Assembly (NCBI GenBank): GCA_016217905.1
Contig: JACRFL010000013.1
Location: forward strand, 3,184 to 67,183
DNA: 64,000 bases
From: Candidatus Kaiserbacteria bacterium
Lineage (GTDB): Bacteria; Patescibacteriota; Minisyncoccia; Phycocordibacterales; Phycocordibacteraceae
Direction of reading: 5' to 3'
The notes under the pieces were generated by a model, which saw nothing but the letters and a program-made list of their open reading frames with translations, had not been told where the DNA came from and made no database searches. A program made the translations under genes and the position numbers. Below are positions 10,274 through 19,106 of the stretch, in pieces (the stretch's first letter is position 1; every line of letters starts with the position of its first letter).

Positions 10274-11965
10274 ATGACAAAAGACGAATTGAAAAACGCG
10301 CTTGCGGGTGTCCTGCAAGGGGAAGTATCGAATGATGCGGTGGCGCTTGAGAAAGCGAGCCGCGACACCTCCCTCTTCGAGCGAATGCCGAAGCTGGTAG
10401 TGTATCCAAAAGATGCCAAGGACGTGAGCGCGGCGGTGAGAGAGGTAGCCCGCGCCCGCTCCGCGGGCGCGGATGTATCGCTTGCGGCGCGCGCGGGCGG
10501 GACCGATATGTCGGGCGGCCCCTTGACCACTAGCATCGTGGTTTCCTTCACCAAACACATGAATCATGTACTCGAGGTTTCCTCCAACTTGGAGGCCCGG
10601 CCTCCAAGTGAAGGATATGCGGTGACGGAACCGGGGGTTTATTATAGGGATTTTGAAAAGGCGACGCTTGAAAAAGGCTTCATACTTCCCTCTTATCCCG
10701 CCAGCCGCGAGATAGCCGCCATGGGCGGCATCGTCGCGAACAATTCCGGCGGCGAGCGCACGCTCAAGTACGGCCAGACGGAGCGGTACGTCGAGGAACT
10801 GGAGGTCGTGCTCTCTGACGGTTCGCAAGTTACGTTCAAAGCGTTGACACCTGCGGAATTGGAGGAAAAAAAGAAACTTCAGACGCTTGAAGGCGCCATC
10901 TACCGCGAGATGGACGCGCTTATCACCGACAATGCCGGGCTCATCGAGGGGCGCCGGCCGCGCGTGTCGAAGAATTCCGCCGGCTACGCGCTCTGGAGCG
11001 TACTTGATGCGAAAACCGGCACCTTCAATCTCGCGAAGCTGATCTGCGGCTCCCAGGGGACGCTCGCCCTCTGGACGAAGGCGGAGCTCTCCCTCGTGAA
11101 GCCGAAAGGGCACCGCGCGATGCTCGTCGCCTTCCTCTACGACCTTTCCGACCTCCCCGAAATAGTAAAGCGCGTGCTCGCGCAGGGCCCGGAATCTTTC
11201 GAATCTTATGACGACCACACCTTCACGCTTGCGGTGAAATTCATTCCCGAGATGCTTTCGCAGATGGGCTTGTTTAAGGCCGCGCGGCTCGGCATCGACT
11301 TCATCAGCGAAGCGGCAATGGTCGCCACCGGCGGCGTGCCGAAGCTCATCTTGATGGCGGAATTCGCCGAGGACACTATCGAGGAAGCCGATCGGAAGGC
11401 GCTTCTCGCGAAGGAAGCGCTCGCCGACCTTCATCTTCATACCAAAATAGAGAAGGATGAGAAAGAGTCGGAGAAGTATTGGATCGTCCGACGCGAGAGC
11501 TTCTCGCTCCTGCGCAAGAACGTTCACGGGCTCCACACCGCGCCTTTCATCGACGATTTCGTCGTTCCGCCTTCGAGCTATCCCGACTTCCTGCCGAAAC
11601 TGAACGCGCTTCTCGAGGAATACTCATCGCACTTCATCTACACGATCGCGGGACACATCGGCAACGGCAACTTCCACATCATTCCGCTCATGGATCTCAC
11701 GAAGGAGGAGAACCGACAAGTCATCCTCGACCTTGCGCCCCGAGTCTACGAACTCGTCACCCGAGAGGGTGGCACGACGACCGGCGAGCACAACGACGGC
11801 ATCATCCGCACGCCGTACCTCAAGCTGGTTTTCGGCGCGGAAATGGTCGCGCTCTTCGAGCGGACGAAAAAAATCTTCGATCCTTTGAATATTTTCAACC
11901 CCGGGAAGAAAGTCGGCGGCACGTTTGCTGACATCGAGCGGGACATGATTAAGACGGCACCGTAA
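10274..11965 (+). CDS. FAD-linked oxidase (GlcD / D-lactate dehydrogenase-like, PCMH-type FAD-binding domain) carrying an in-frame palindromic insertion
   Basis: FAD-binding PCMH-type N-terminal domain and FAD-oxidase C-terminal domain (HGLHTAPFID, GEHNDGIIRTPYL). ATG at 10274 (MTKDELKNAL) is preferred over the tracker start 10217. Confidence 0.75.
   Translation: MTKDELKNALAGVLQGEVSNDAVALEKASRDTSLFERMPKLVVYPKDAKDVSAAVREVARARSAGADVSLAARAGGTDMSGGPLTTSIVVSFTKHMNHVLEVSSNLEARPPSEGYAVTEPGVYYRDFEKATLEKGFILPSYPASREIAAMGGIVANNSGGERTLKYGQTERYVEELEVVLSDGSQVTFKALTPAELEEKKKLQTLEGAIYREMDALITDNAGLIEGRRPRVSKNSAGYALWSVLDAKTGTFNLAKLICGSQGTLALWTKAELSLVKPKGHRAMLVAFLYDLSDLPEIVKRVLAQGPESFESYDDHTFTLAVKFIPEMLSQMGLFKAARLGIDFISEAAMVATGGVPKLILMAEFAEDTIEEADRKALLAKEALADLHLHTKIEKDEKESEKYWIVRRESFSLLRKNVHGLHTAPFIDDFVVPPSSYPDFLPKLNALLEEYSSHFIYTIAGHIGNGNFHIIPLMDLTKEENRQVILDLAPRVYELVTREGGTTTGEHNDGIIRTPYLKLVFGAEMVALFERTKKIFDPLNIFNPGKKVGGTFADIERDMIKTAP
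10584..10610. repeat. Palindromic element family A copy (CCAACTTGGAGGCCCGGCCTCCAAGTG), in frame inside the FAD-oxidase CDS
   Basis: Stem of 10 bp (ACTTGGAGGC / GCCTCCAAGT) with a 3-nt loop. Encodes SNLEARPPSE. The same sequence recurs at 38450 and 42379. Confidence 0.8.
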
Positions 11966-12010
11966 AAAAGGCGCCTCGCGCGAGGCGCCCTTGCGGAAAG
12001 GACCAGGAAA

Positions 12011-12430
12011 TCATCTGGCCCACTTCGCTAACTGGAGTTCGGCGGACAATCGCGCGCCGCGGTCGTTCCGGGCTGAGAAGGGCAGGTGCAGATGGTCGTA
12101 CCGCTCCCCAACATCGGCCACGATCGGCGGTCTATACACCCGCATATCGAACCAGTACTTGAACAATTCGCCGGTCGGCTGTGACTCGTCGATTTTGTCC
12201 AGCTCGCAATTTTCGCACGCGCCGGAGTTGATCGGAAACGGGCAATCCCGACACCCTGTTGGTTCAGCCGCAATGCCGCAGACTGTCGACTCGGTGTCTA
12301 GCTCGTTCGGGTCAGGCGCCGCGTCCGCGTGATGCGCGGGAAGACGTAGAGCGGCCCATCGGACGATTCCCTTCACTGCTTTGGCTCGAGCTGCAGCCTC
12401 TTCTTCTCTGAACGGTAAGTAACGAGGCAT
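12011..12430 (-). CDS. Hypothetical Cys-rich protein (possible zinc ribbon)
   Basis: ATG at 12430 preceded by AAAAGGGGAAATATC (RBS-like). Motifs CGIAAEPTGCRDC ... CENCELD. The tracker N-terminal extension was rejected. Confidence 0.5.
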   Translation of the reverse strand: MPRYLPFREEEAAARAKAVKGIVRWAALRLPAHHADAAPDPNELDTESTVCGIAAEPTGCRDCPFPINSGACENCELDKIDESQPTGELFKYWFDMRVYRPPIVADVGERYDHLHLPFSARNDRGARLSAELQLAKWAR

Positions 12431-12721
12431 GATATTTCCCCTTTTTTGCGAAAGTTTTTGAAAGATCAATCTCCTTGCCGGAAGTCGCACGCCGGAGGCG
12501 CTTGACTTATGGCACTTTTATACTACAACGTTTCCCGAATAACAGCAAGTGCTCTTTGGGGATAGCCGCCCCGCGGACGGCTTTGCCGTCCGCGGGAACT
12601 CTGCTATATTCCCTTGATGAAGCGCGCCCTCGCCGTCACTATCGTCGTCCTCTTGGCGCTTGGCATGCTCGGGATGTTCTTCCCCGCCCTCGTCTCCGGC
12701 AGACTCTGATTTTGTCCGGAG

Positions 12722-12964
12722 CTATTCCGGATCGCGTGAATAGCGAATCCAGGCGAGCCATGCAAGCAATCCCGCGAGAATCACGGAAAGCGGAATAACA
12801 ATGCATTCATTCCGGAAGATAAGCGCATAGGCGAGCGCGAGGAGGATGCCTCCGATGAGGAACAGCGCCCTCTTCAATCGGTACTCGCGAGGCGGCATAC
12901 TCTCCGCATAACCGCGCCATACGCTGATCAGCATCCATGCCACCAGGAGGCCGACGAGTACCAT
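12722..12964 (-). CDS. Small membrane protein (hypothetical)
   Basis: 80 aa, three hydrophobic helices. Confidence 0.45.
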   Translation of the reverse strand: MVLVGLLVAWMLISVWRGYAESMPPREYRLKRALFLIGGILLALAYALIFRNECIVIPLSVILAGLLAWLAWIRYSRDPE

Positions 12965-13146
12965 GAGCGGAATGAGAAGGCAATCGAACGATGCGGAGAA
13001 TTCGAAGAAACCGGGCGGCAGGCCAAGAAGTGCGGCGGCCGCGAGCGTGCCCCCCGCTTCTCCCGCGGTCTCCCCGCTTGAGGTCGCTTGCGCGCCCTTC
13101 GCGCCCCCTTCAGTCGGAGTCTGAAGCGCGACATTCCCCCCGCCTT

Positions 13147-14133
13147 CTATCGTTTTGCCGCCTCCGGAGGAAGACCCGGGAGCGGGCGTCGAACCGCCCC
13201 CACTGGACTGTTCGTCGAACCGCCTGCTTGCGCCAACAAGGGCACCGTGAACCGGCGCTCAACGCTTATCGTCGGCGGCGAGGCCCGAGAGATGACGCGG
13301 TATACGTACGTCTCTCCCGGCGTCAGACCGGTGAGTAAGAAAGAATGATTCGTTACTTTCGTCGTGTCTTCGGGAGTGGCGAACGGGTAGCCAAAATTCG
13401 GAGGTATCAGGACCAGAGCGTAGGGGCCGCCGGAGACCGGGCCATAGACGACCTGGCTGGTCGAGAGAAGATTTGTTTCCCACGTTATCGTGGCTAGTCC
13501 GGACTGGCCCACGTTCGATATGTCGAGGGCTTTTTCGTTGAATATGAAGAGACTGTTCCCAATCGATCCCCCGCCTCCTCCTCCGCCAGAACCAAGAATA
13601 GTCCCACCGCCCGGCGGCGTTCCACCTCCTCCGCCGCCTTCGCCTCCTACGACCGTGTTGCCGCAGCGGGTGGTACCCCCGTTGAACCCGACGCATACGT
13701 CGAAGCCGAGCGTCTTTCCTTGATACGAATTATCGCTTGAATCGATGAAGGAAACGTTGTACGTGAACGTCTTTGATTCTCCGTTTCCAATCGCACCGAG
13801 AGGGACTTCACCGGCGGTCGAGAGGAAATTCGCAAGAGAGTCGTCGAAGAGTGTTCCGCTGTTCCCGGTTATAGAGAGATGCAGAAGGGCGCTGAAGTTG
13901 CCGGCATCAAAAACATTAATGGCTTCGGTCAAGACGTTTTGTGTCGCGCCGGAATTATTGGTGACCGTAACGGTGCCGGCCGTCGAGTCGAGCGGAAGAA
14001 AATTCGATTTGTTGAACAGCGGATCCGGGACGAACTGGACGCCAAGCGGCGCCTGTGCCAAGGCAACGCCGGCGAAGCCCGTCAGAGAGAGGGCGACGAC
14101 CGGCAGTATCGAGATTTTAAGAAAGTTCTTCAT
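13147..14133 (-). CDS. Secreted Gly-rich protein with C-terminal FN3-like domain (true start at MKNFLK; tracker Arg-rich extension rejected)
   Basis: Signal peptide MKNFLKISILPVVALSLTGFAGVALAQA. Poly-Gly linkers GGEGGGGGGTPPGGGTILGSGGGGGGGS. C-terminal beta-sandwich-like block (ATITWETN ... LTPGETYVYRV). The start lies 4 nt after the stop of the upstream LTD gene. Confidence 0.65.
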   Translation of the reverse strand: MKNFLKISILPVVALSLTGFAGVALAQAPLGVQFVPDPLFNKSNFLPLDSTAGTVTVTNNSGATQNVLTEAINVFDAGNFSALLHLSITGNSGTLFDDSLANFLSTAGEVPLGAIGNGESKTFTYNVSFIDSSDNSYQGKTLGFDVCVGFNGGTTRCGNTVVGGEGGGGGGTPPGGGTILGSGGGGGGGSIGNSLFIFNEKALDISNVGQSGLATITWETNLLSTSQVVYGPVSGGPYALVLIPPNFGYPFATPEDTTKVTNHSFLLTGLTPGETYVYRVISRASPPTISVERRFTVPLLAQAGGSTNSPVGAVRRPLPGLPPEAAKR

Positions 14134-14137
14134 ACGT

Positions 14138-16135
14138 TTATTCGGCCGGGGTCGCCTCCGTCGGAGCGCTCTCGACAACTGCCGGAGCGCTCTCCGCCAC
14201 CACTGCCGCCGGCTCCGCTGGAGCGACTGCGGGCTCGGGGATGGCTGGCTCGACCGGCGTTTCCACGGCCGCTTCCGGCTCCGGAGAGAGAATGTCCTCT
14301 TCACGTGTGACGGCCGGCTCGACCGCCGCCGGCTGATCGGGAGCGGCCGTCTCCGCGGGAGCGGTCTCTTGAGACGTTCCCTCTGTCGAGATAGTCGTTT
14401 CAGACGCCACGATCTCGGTCTCCTCGGACGCACCTTCCTCGACCGGCAGCGGCGCCACGACGTTCTCCGGCCCGATGAAGAGGGGGAACGGATCATAGAT
14501 TCGGCCGCTCACGCTGCCAGAATTGAGCATCGGATTTTCCGGACCGATGGCGACGAGATGGATCCAGATGTAGCCGAGGAATCCGGACGGCACCGTCCAG
14601 GTAAACGCGCCGTCGTTTCCAGTAGTTTCGACTATCGTGTGCGTCGTGTCACCCAGACTTATTTTTCCGTCGTGGTTTACGTCCTTCACGTAGTAGATGC
14701 CGATGTCGAGGTCGCCGTCGGGGCCGTTGTTATTCGTCGCCGTCCACTTGATCTCGTAACTGTGCGTCCAGTACCACGTGTACGAGCCTCCCTCGTCCGG
14801 GTAGACGAGATCGATCGAAGGCGGCACGAGTTCTTTCCAATCGGAGGGCGCGTCGGTGTCGTAACCGGAAGGTACTCGAGCAAGGACGTTGCCCTCGGCG
14901 ACATTTGCCGCCCCGGGATCCCAGACGTTCGGATTGTAATTCGTCCATCCGGTGTCGGGGGTGCCCCAGTTCATCTGGTCGACGATAATCCTGTCGGGAC
15001 GTTTGAGGACAAGCATGTCGGCGTCGTTATCCAAACCGCCCCCGATTTTCGAATGTATGTTGATTTCGGTCACCTCGCTCGGCAGATACCAGTACGCGGG
15101 CAGGCCGCTCGAAACGGTCGTTGAGGTGGCGGTGGTTGACGTGGCAACGATGACCGCATATTTCTGCGCGGGAATGAGGAGTGTCGTCGGCAGGGTGTCA
15201 CACGAGGTGTTGTCGCAAATCTGCCATCCGGAAATATCCAAAGGCACGTTTGTCTGATTGTAGATCTCCACCCATTCGTTCGTACCCTCCGCACCGCGCT
15301 CCGGCGTTTTCACGTTGTAGTAGATCTTGTTGATCCGGAATCCCCACGAAGCGAGATGGTTTTTTACTTTTTCCGTATCGTTAAATCCGCCACCCTCGTA
15401 GCTCGGGTAGTCGTGCCGCGTTTGCCAGCCGTTGTAATCGATGTCGAAGTCGCAGGTGCGGTTTTGGAGATTGCTGGTCCCCGCCGTGTAGGCGAATTCC
15501 CACGGGTCGAGCGCGGTTGTCGTGGCGGTGAGGAGCCCCGTAAGAGGACCGTGATACATCTGGGTGCCCCCGCGCGTCGCGGTAACGTCAAGCCCCGAGC
15601 AGAAATCGGCATCGCCGGTAAAGTTGGTCGAGGTGGCGAAGTATTGAAACGGATTGCTCGCTTGCGGGTCGATCGCAACCGTCTTTTTCGTAACATCTCC
15701 GGGCGGCATCGACACGGCCGTACTCGTCGCCTGCCAGCCGGAAGTTGTCAGCGAGAAATCGACCGAACCCGCCCGGAAGGCATTCTCGGTCGAGCTCTCG
15801 ATATCGTTGTAGTATCCCCTTGTACTGCCGAGGCCGGTGATGCCGACGCTGTTAAGGCCGATCATGAGCGTGACGGCGAGCGCTTTAAGCGACAGCCGCG
15901 GCGTCGCCCTTATAAAAAACGGAGAGAGGACGCTCTTGCGCCTGTTCGCCCGCGCCGCGCGCGGCGCGCACGCGGCGCGCGGGCGCAGATCGAGCACATG
16001 CGCAGACGACGCGACGCGACGCGCCTTCCTCCTGGCGACCCTTCTCACCGGCACGGAAACACGCGCAGCGACAGTCGCTTTTTCTTTTTTCCGGGGAGTC
16101 TTCTTTATCGCTCCCGTTTTAATATGTACCGCCAT
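14138..16135 (-). CDS. Lamin-tail-domain (LTD) protein with SipW-cognate-like signal region and Pro/Glu/Ala-rich C-terminal tail (start uncertain: 16135 or internal MIGLNS)
   Basis: N-terminal K/R-rich segment then TM (LKALAVTLMIGLNSVGITGLG). This is followed by GYYNDIESSTENAFRAGSVDFSLT, resembling the TasA/camelysin SipW-cognate motif. LTD signature GTNEWVEIYNQTNVPLDISGWQI ... IPAQKYAVIVA. C-terminal low-complexity PEPEAAVETPVEPAIPEPAVAPAEPAAV. Confidence 0.65.
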   Translation of the reverse strand: MAVHIKTGAIKKTPRKKEKATVAARVSVPVRRVARRKARRVASSAHVLDLRPRAACAPRAARANRRKSVLSPFFIRATPRLSLKALAVTLMIGLNSVGITGLGSTRGYYNDIESSTENAFRAGSVDFSLTTSGWQATSTAVSMPPGDVTKKTVAIDPQASNPFQYFATSTNFTGDADFCSGLDVTATRGGTQMYHGPLTGLLTATTTALDPWEFAYTAGTSNLQNRTCDFDIDYNGWQTRHDYPSYEGGGFNDTEKVKNHLASWGFRINKIYYNVKTPERGAEGTNEWVEIYNQTNVPLDISGWQICDNTSCDTLPTTLLIPAQKYAVIVATSTTATSTTVSSGLPAYWYLPSEVTEINIHSKIGGGLDNDADMLVLKRPDRIIVDQMNWGTPDTGWTNYNPNVWDPGAANVAEGNVLARVPSGYDTDAPSDWKELVPPSIDLVYPDEGGSYTWYWTHSYEIKWTATNNNGPDGDLDIGIYYVKDVNHDGKISLGDTTHTIVETTGNDGAFTWTVPSGFLGYIWIHLVAIGPENPMLNSGSVSGRIYDPFPLFIGPENVVAPLPVEEGASEETEIVASETTISTEGTSQETAPAETAAPDQPAAVEPAVTREEDILSPEPEAAVETPVEPAIPEPAVAPAEPAAVVAESAPAVVESAPTEATPAE

Positions 16136-16158
16136 ATATCGGTGTGGAGGTCAGACCT

Positions 16159-16704
16159 TCATAGCGCGGCAGAATCACCGAGAGGATCTTCTCCTTTCGG
16201 CCGCTTCATCTTCCGCACCTCCCTCCGGATATTCTGCGCTTCGTCGAAGACGACGATGACAGCCGGCACGCCGATGAGAAGAACGAATCCGAACGGCTTT
16301 TTCGCGAAGTCGAGCAGGTAGCCGAGATACGGGACCGAGAAGAGCACCTTCCCGATTACCTCGCTTTGCCGCACCAGCTGCGGATCGGAATCTTCGTTCG
16401 CGTCTCCCTTCGTCGTGTAGTAGAAGACGCCGCCCCTCACCTCGTCAGAGACGATGCGATGGGTCGTCGGGACTTGCGTCTTCGTGTCCGGCCCGAACAT
16501 GATGACGTCTCCCACCGCGTACTTCCCGAGAGGCTTGACCACCGTGAGCGCGCCCGTCTTGATGGTCGGCTCCATTGAGCCCGACTGAACTATTTTCACC
16601 TCGATATTCCCCGGTATCGGCACCAGGCTCACCACGAGGAGCGCGCCAAGCGCAAGGACGGCGCCGACGAGGACGTAATATGCGGTTTTGAAGAGTGTGT
16701 GCAT
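16159..16704 (-). CDS. sipW: Signal peptidase I, SipW/archaeal-eukaryotic type (S26B)
   Basis: N-terminal TM then SGSMEPTIKTGALTVV catalytic-Ser block typical of SipW/Sec11-type peptidases. Sits between the TasA-like genes and the LTD gene. Confidence 0.8.
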   Translation of the reverse strand: MHTLFKTAYYVLVGAVLALGALLVVSLVPIPGNIEVKIVQSGSMEPTIKTGALTVVKPLGKYAVGDVIMFGPDTKTQVPTTHRIVSDEVRGGVFYYTTKGDANEDSDPQLVRQSEVIGKVLFSVPYLGYLLDFAKKPFGFVLLIGVPAVIVVFDEAQNIRREVRKMKRPKGEDPLGDSAAL

Positions 16705-16798
16705 GCGTGGCTCCGCTCGAGCCCCGGCTCTTCCGCGCCGCGAACATGCGGCGCGGAACCTGCCGATACTCGAGCGCTACTCGGTCAAGAGAGATCTC

Positions 16799-18127
16799 TT
16801 ATTCAGGAGTGTAGGGCGGACGACTCGCAATACTCGTGCACCTGAAGCCAGAGTTGCTCCTTGTTTGCTCTGCGTACGCCGTCAAAGACGCCGAGAATGA
16901 ATCCGACTGCGCAATGTTACCCATTCCAGAACCGTTGCAGCCGAATGCGCTGCCTGGAGTAGCGGTGAGCGTTCCTGCACACCATACAAGACCGATATTC
17001 TTGGTAGTGGTGGCGGTGAGGAATTGACCATTGCTGGGATCCATACTCATGATGCTGGTGAGCGATGAGAGCGGTCCGACGCCGCCGAGAGGAGTCTCGC
17101 CCACGTCATAGAGACCATTCCCGTTGGTATCTCCCCAGGTGAATACATTGAGGAAGTTGGATAACTCGCCTTTTCCAGTTGGATTACCAACCCCGTTCGC
17201 GTCACCCGCTGCTATTTCAGGAGCGAGTGGTTGTGCCGGGTTCTCTTGGTCATCTTTGTCGCCCACGATAAGGCATGAGTAGGCATCGTTGCTCGACACA
17301 TGAAGCGATATTTCATTTGTACCCCAGTCAGCCGGCTTTACATCTCCAAAGTTGAAGAATGTATCTCCTTGGCCAAGGTCCTTTTCCGTCCAAAGCCGGC
17401 AGACCTGCTGGAAGGCAGAATCTGCTTTACACTGCGCCGGATCACGATGAATATTCAGCTTGAAGAGAAGTCCAGCCGGATTCCCTGAAGAGCCTCCGCC
17501 GGCAGACATGTTACGAACAACTATGTCAAGCGTGTTCTGTCCGTTCACCATCGCTCCCATGAAGGCGGCCTCTTGAGCGCCAGTCAAGGAAACAGCCGGA
17601 TTATAGTTGAACTCGAGAGGGAGCTTATCGACAATAGTTGTTCCGTTGAGGATAATCTTGTACCCGTTGTCAGCCGCGAGAGCGAGATCTAAGTTCACGC
17701 TCACGACAGAGCCGTTCCACTGGAACTTGTTCTCGAATGTGTACTCTGCGTTATTGGTCGTATCGTTCAACGTTGTCGGATCAGTCGCCCAGATCCACTG
17801 CGCCGGAGCGAGAGCGGCTTCGCTCTGCCAGGCCGGATGTGGGCTGCTCACGTCAACAGCCGGAATGGGGAAAGGACCCTGATTTGAGGCTCCCGCGCTT
17901 GCTGCCACGACCTTTGTTGCTGTAGAGCTGTACACATTCACACTGCACGTCTCACAGTCTACGCCATTGTAGGTCTGCTTCGTGTGATCCACCTTGAGGT
18001 CAATGGAACCCGCGGTGAAGATGTTGCCCGTCGAGGTCTCGGTGTCAGCGTAGAACGCGATGGTCCCGCCGACCGCGAGAGCCGCGACGACCGCTATCGT
18101 CCCAGCGCTAAGAAGAATTTTATTCAT
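16799..18127 (-). CDS. TasA/camelysin (CalY)-family protein with SipW-cognate class signal peptide
   Basis: N-terminus MNKILLSAGTIAVVAALAVGGTIAFYADTETSTGNIFTAGSIDLKVD matches the TIGR04088-type SipW-cognate signal (GT.A.F.D.E.S.GN.FTAG..DL). Confidence 0.8.
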   Translation of the reverse strand: MNKILLSAGTIAVVAALAVGGTIAFYADTETSTGNIFTAGSIDLKVDHTKQTYNGVDCETCSVNVYSSTATKVVAASAGASNQGPFPIPAVDVSSPHPAWQSEAALAPAQWIWATDPTTLNDTTNNAEYTFENKFQWNGSVVSVNLDLALAADNGYKIILNGTTIVDKLPLEFNYNPAVSLTGAQEAAFMGAMVNGQNTLDIVVRNMSAGGGSSGNPAGLLFKLNIHRDPAQCKADSAFQQVCRLWTEKDLGQGDTFFNFGDVKPADWGTNEISLHVSSNDAYSCLIVGDKDDQENPAQPLAPEIAAGDANGVGNPTGKGELSNFLNVFTWGDTNGNGLYDVGETPLGGVGPLSSLTSIMSMDPSNGQFLTATTTKNIGLVWCAGTLTATPGSAFGCNGSGMGNIAQSDSFSASLTAYAEQTRSNSGFRCTSIASRPPYTPE

Positions 18128-18148
18128 GTTCTTTTGTTAGGCTGGTGA

Positions 18149-18973
18149 CTATGCCGACCTCGGTGAACAAAGGAATCCTGGATTGTTTCGAGATTGCACT
18201 GCACGGAAGCTCACATCAGCAGTCAAACTGTCGGTCTGCGTGATGTTGTTTACCTGGGAACCATTGCAGACGATACCTCCAGTTGAATTGGCCGGGGTTC
18301 TTGGGCTGGTCGTACCCATCCCATCCTGCTCAAGAGGAGCTGCCGAAATAGCGCCAAAACACCACGCCTTACCGATGAAGCGCTCTGAACCGCCCGGCAA
18401 TGGACCTCCTTCATCCGTCCAGATGTTCGTTTGAGAGTCAGCGAGGGCAACCGACGATGTCGCTGAGGCCGAGGCAAGCGTTCCCGAAGGGAGCGGCGTT
18501 TCGTTGTTCTCTAGAACATTGTCTCCGTCGTCAGCCCACCACATGAAGTTTACTGCCTGTGCCAATTCTCCGTTACCGGCACCATCTGATACATCACCAT
18601 CCTGCCTTTCCGGTTCCGTAATACCGTTATCATCGTTACTCGTCAGCTTTACGTCAGCACAAACGTAGGCATCGTTGTTGTTTACGTGGAGACTGATAGT
18701 GTCCTCCCCTCGATCGCCTGGCTTAAGATCAAGAAAATTAAAGAATTTCTCAATCGTCAAATCCTTTAATTCCCAAGTCGTGTCTTGATTCAGAACACCG
18801 TTATAATAACTTTCGTTATCAACCTTCAGATCAATCGCGCCGGCGGTGAAGGTGTTGCCGGTTGATGTCTCCGTGTCCGAGAAGAACGCCCCTGTCGCGC
18901 CTAAAGTGGCCGCAACGACGAACACAATCACTCCCAGACTCAAGAGAATCCTTTTGTTAAGAAGTGCTGTCAT
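18149..18973 (-). CDS. TasA/camelysin (CalY)-family protein with SipW-cognate class signal peptide (start at MTALLNKR, 18973)
   Basis: MTALLNKRILLSLGVIVFVVAATLGATGAFFSDTETSTGNTFTAGAIDLKVD. The same conserved signal block as the neighbouring paralog. The tracker start 19060 adds an Arg-rich extension that was rejected. Confidence 0.78.
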   Translation of the reverse strand: MTALLNKRILLSLGVIVFVVAATLGATGAFFSDTETSTGNTFTAGAIDLKVDNESYYNGVLNQDTTWELKDLTIEKFFNFLDLKPGDRGEDTISLHVNNNDAYVCADVKLTSNDDNGITEPERQDGDVSDGAGNGELAQAVNFMWWADDGDNVLENNETPLPSGTLASASATSSVALADSQTNIWTDEGGPLPGGSERFIGKAWCFGAISAAPLEQDGMGTTSPRTPANSTGGIVCNGSQVNNITQTDSLTADVSFRAVQSRNNPGFLCSPRSA

Positions 18974-19092
18974 AACGTATTCTTTGTTTACGCACCTTCT
19001 AAATAGGTGTCTGCAAACACGAATAGAGCGCGTTCGCACCCGCAGACGCCCCGTCTGCAACTGCCATAAGTAGATACCTCCCTAAGATCAAA

Positions 19093-19106
19093 GTCAACTT
19101 GTTGAC
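19093..19106. promoter_or_regulatory. Perfect 14-nt palindrome GTCAACTTGTTGAC in the divergent intergenic region between the TasA-like operon and the RRM gene (candidate operator)
   Basis: Seen directly. Shares the CAACTTG end-motif with palindromic family A. Confidence 0.35.

Noticed and set aside
14134-14496. Arg-rich 120-residue N-terminal extension of the secreted FN3-like protein; similar extensions on 18974-19060, 41419-41514, 42329-42382, 42763-42921 and 58544-58915
   Set aside because: The track accepts GTG/TTG and the first in-frame Met after a stop. These extensions overlap the neighbouring gene in another frame, lack RBS support and are poly-Arg translations of GC-rich DNA. The biologically sensible Met (signal peptide or conserved N-terminus) was used instead.
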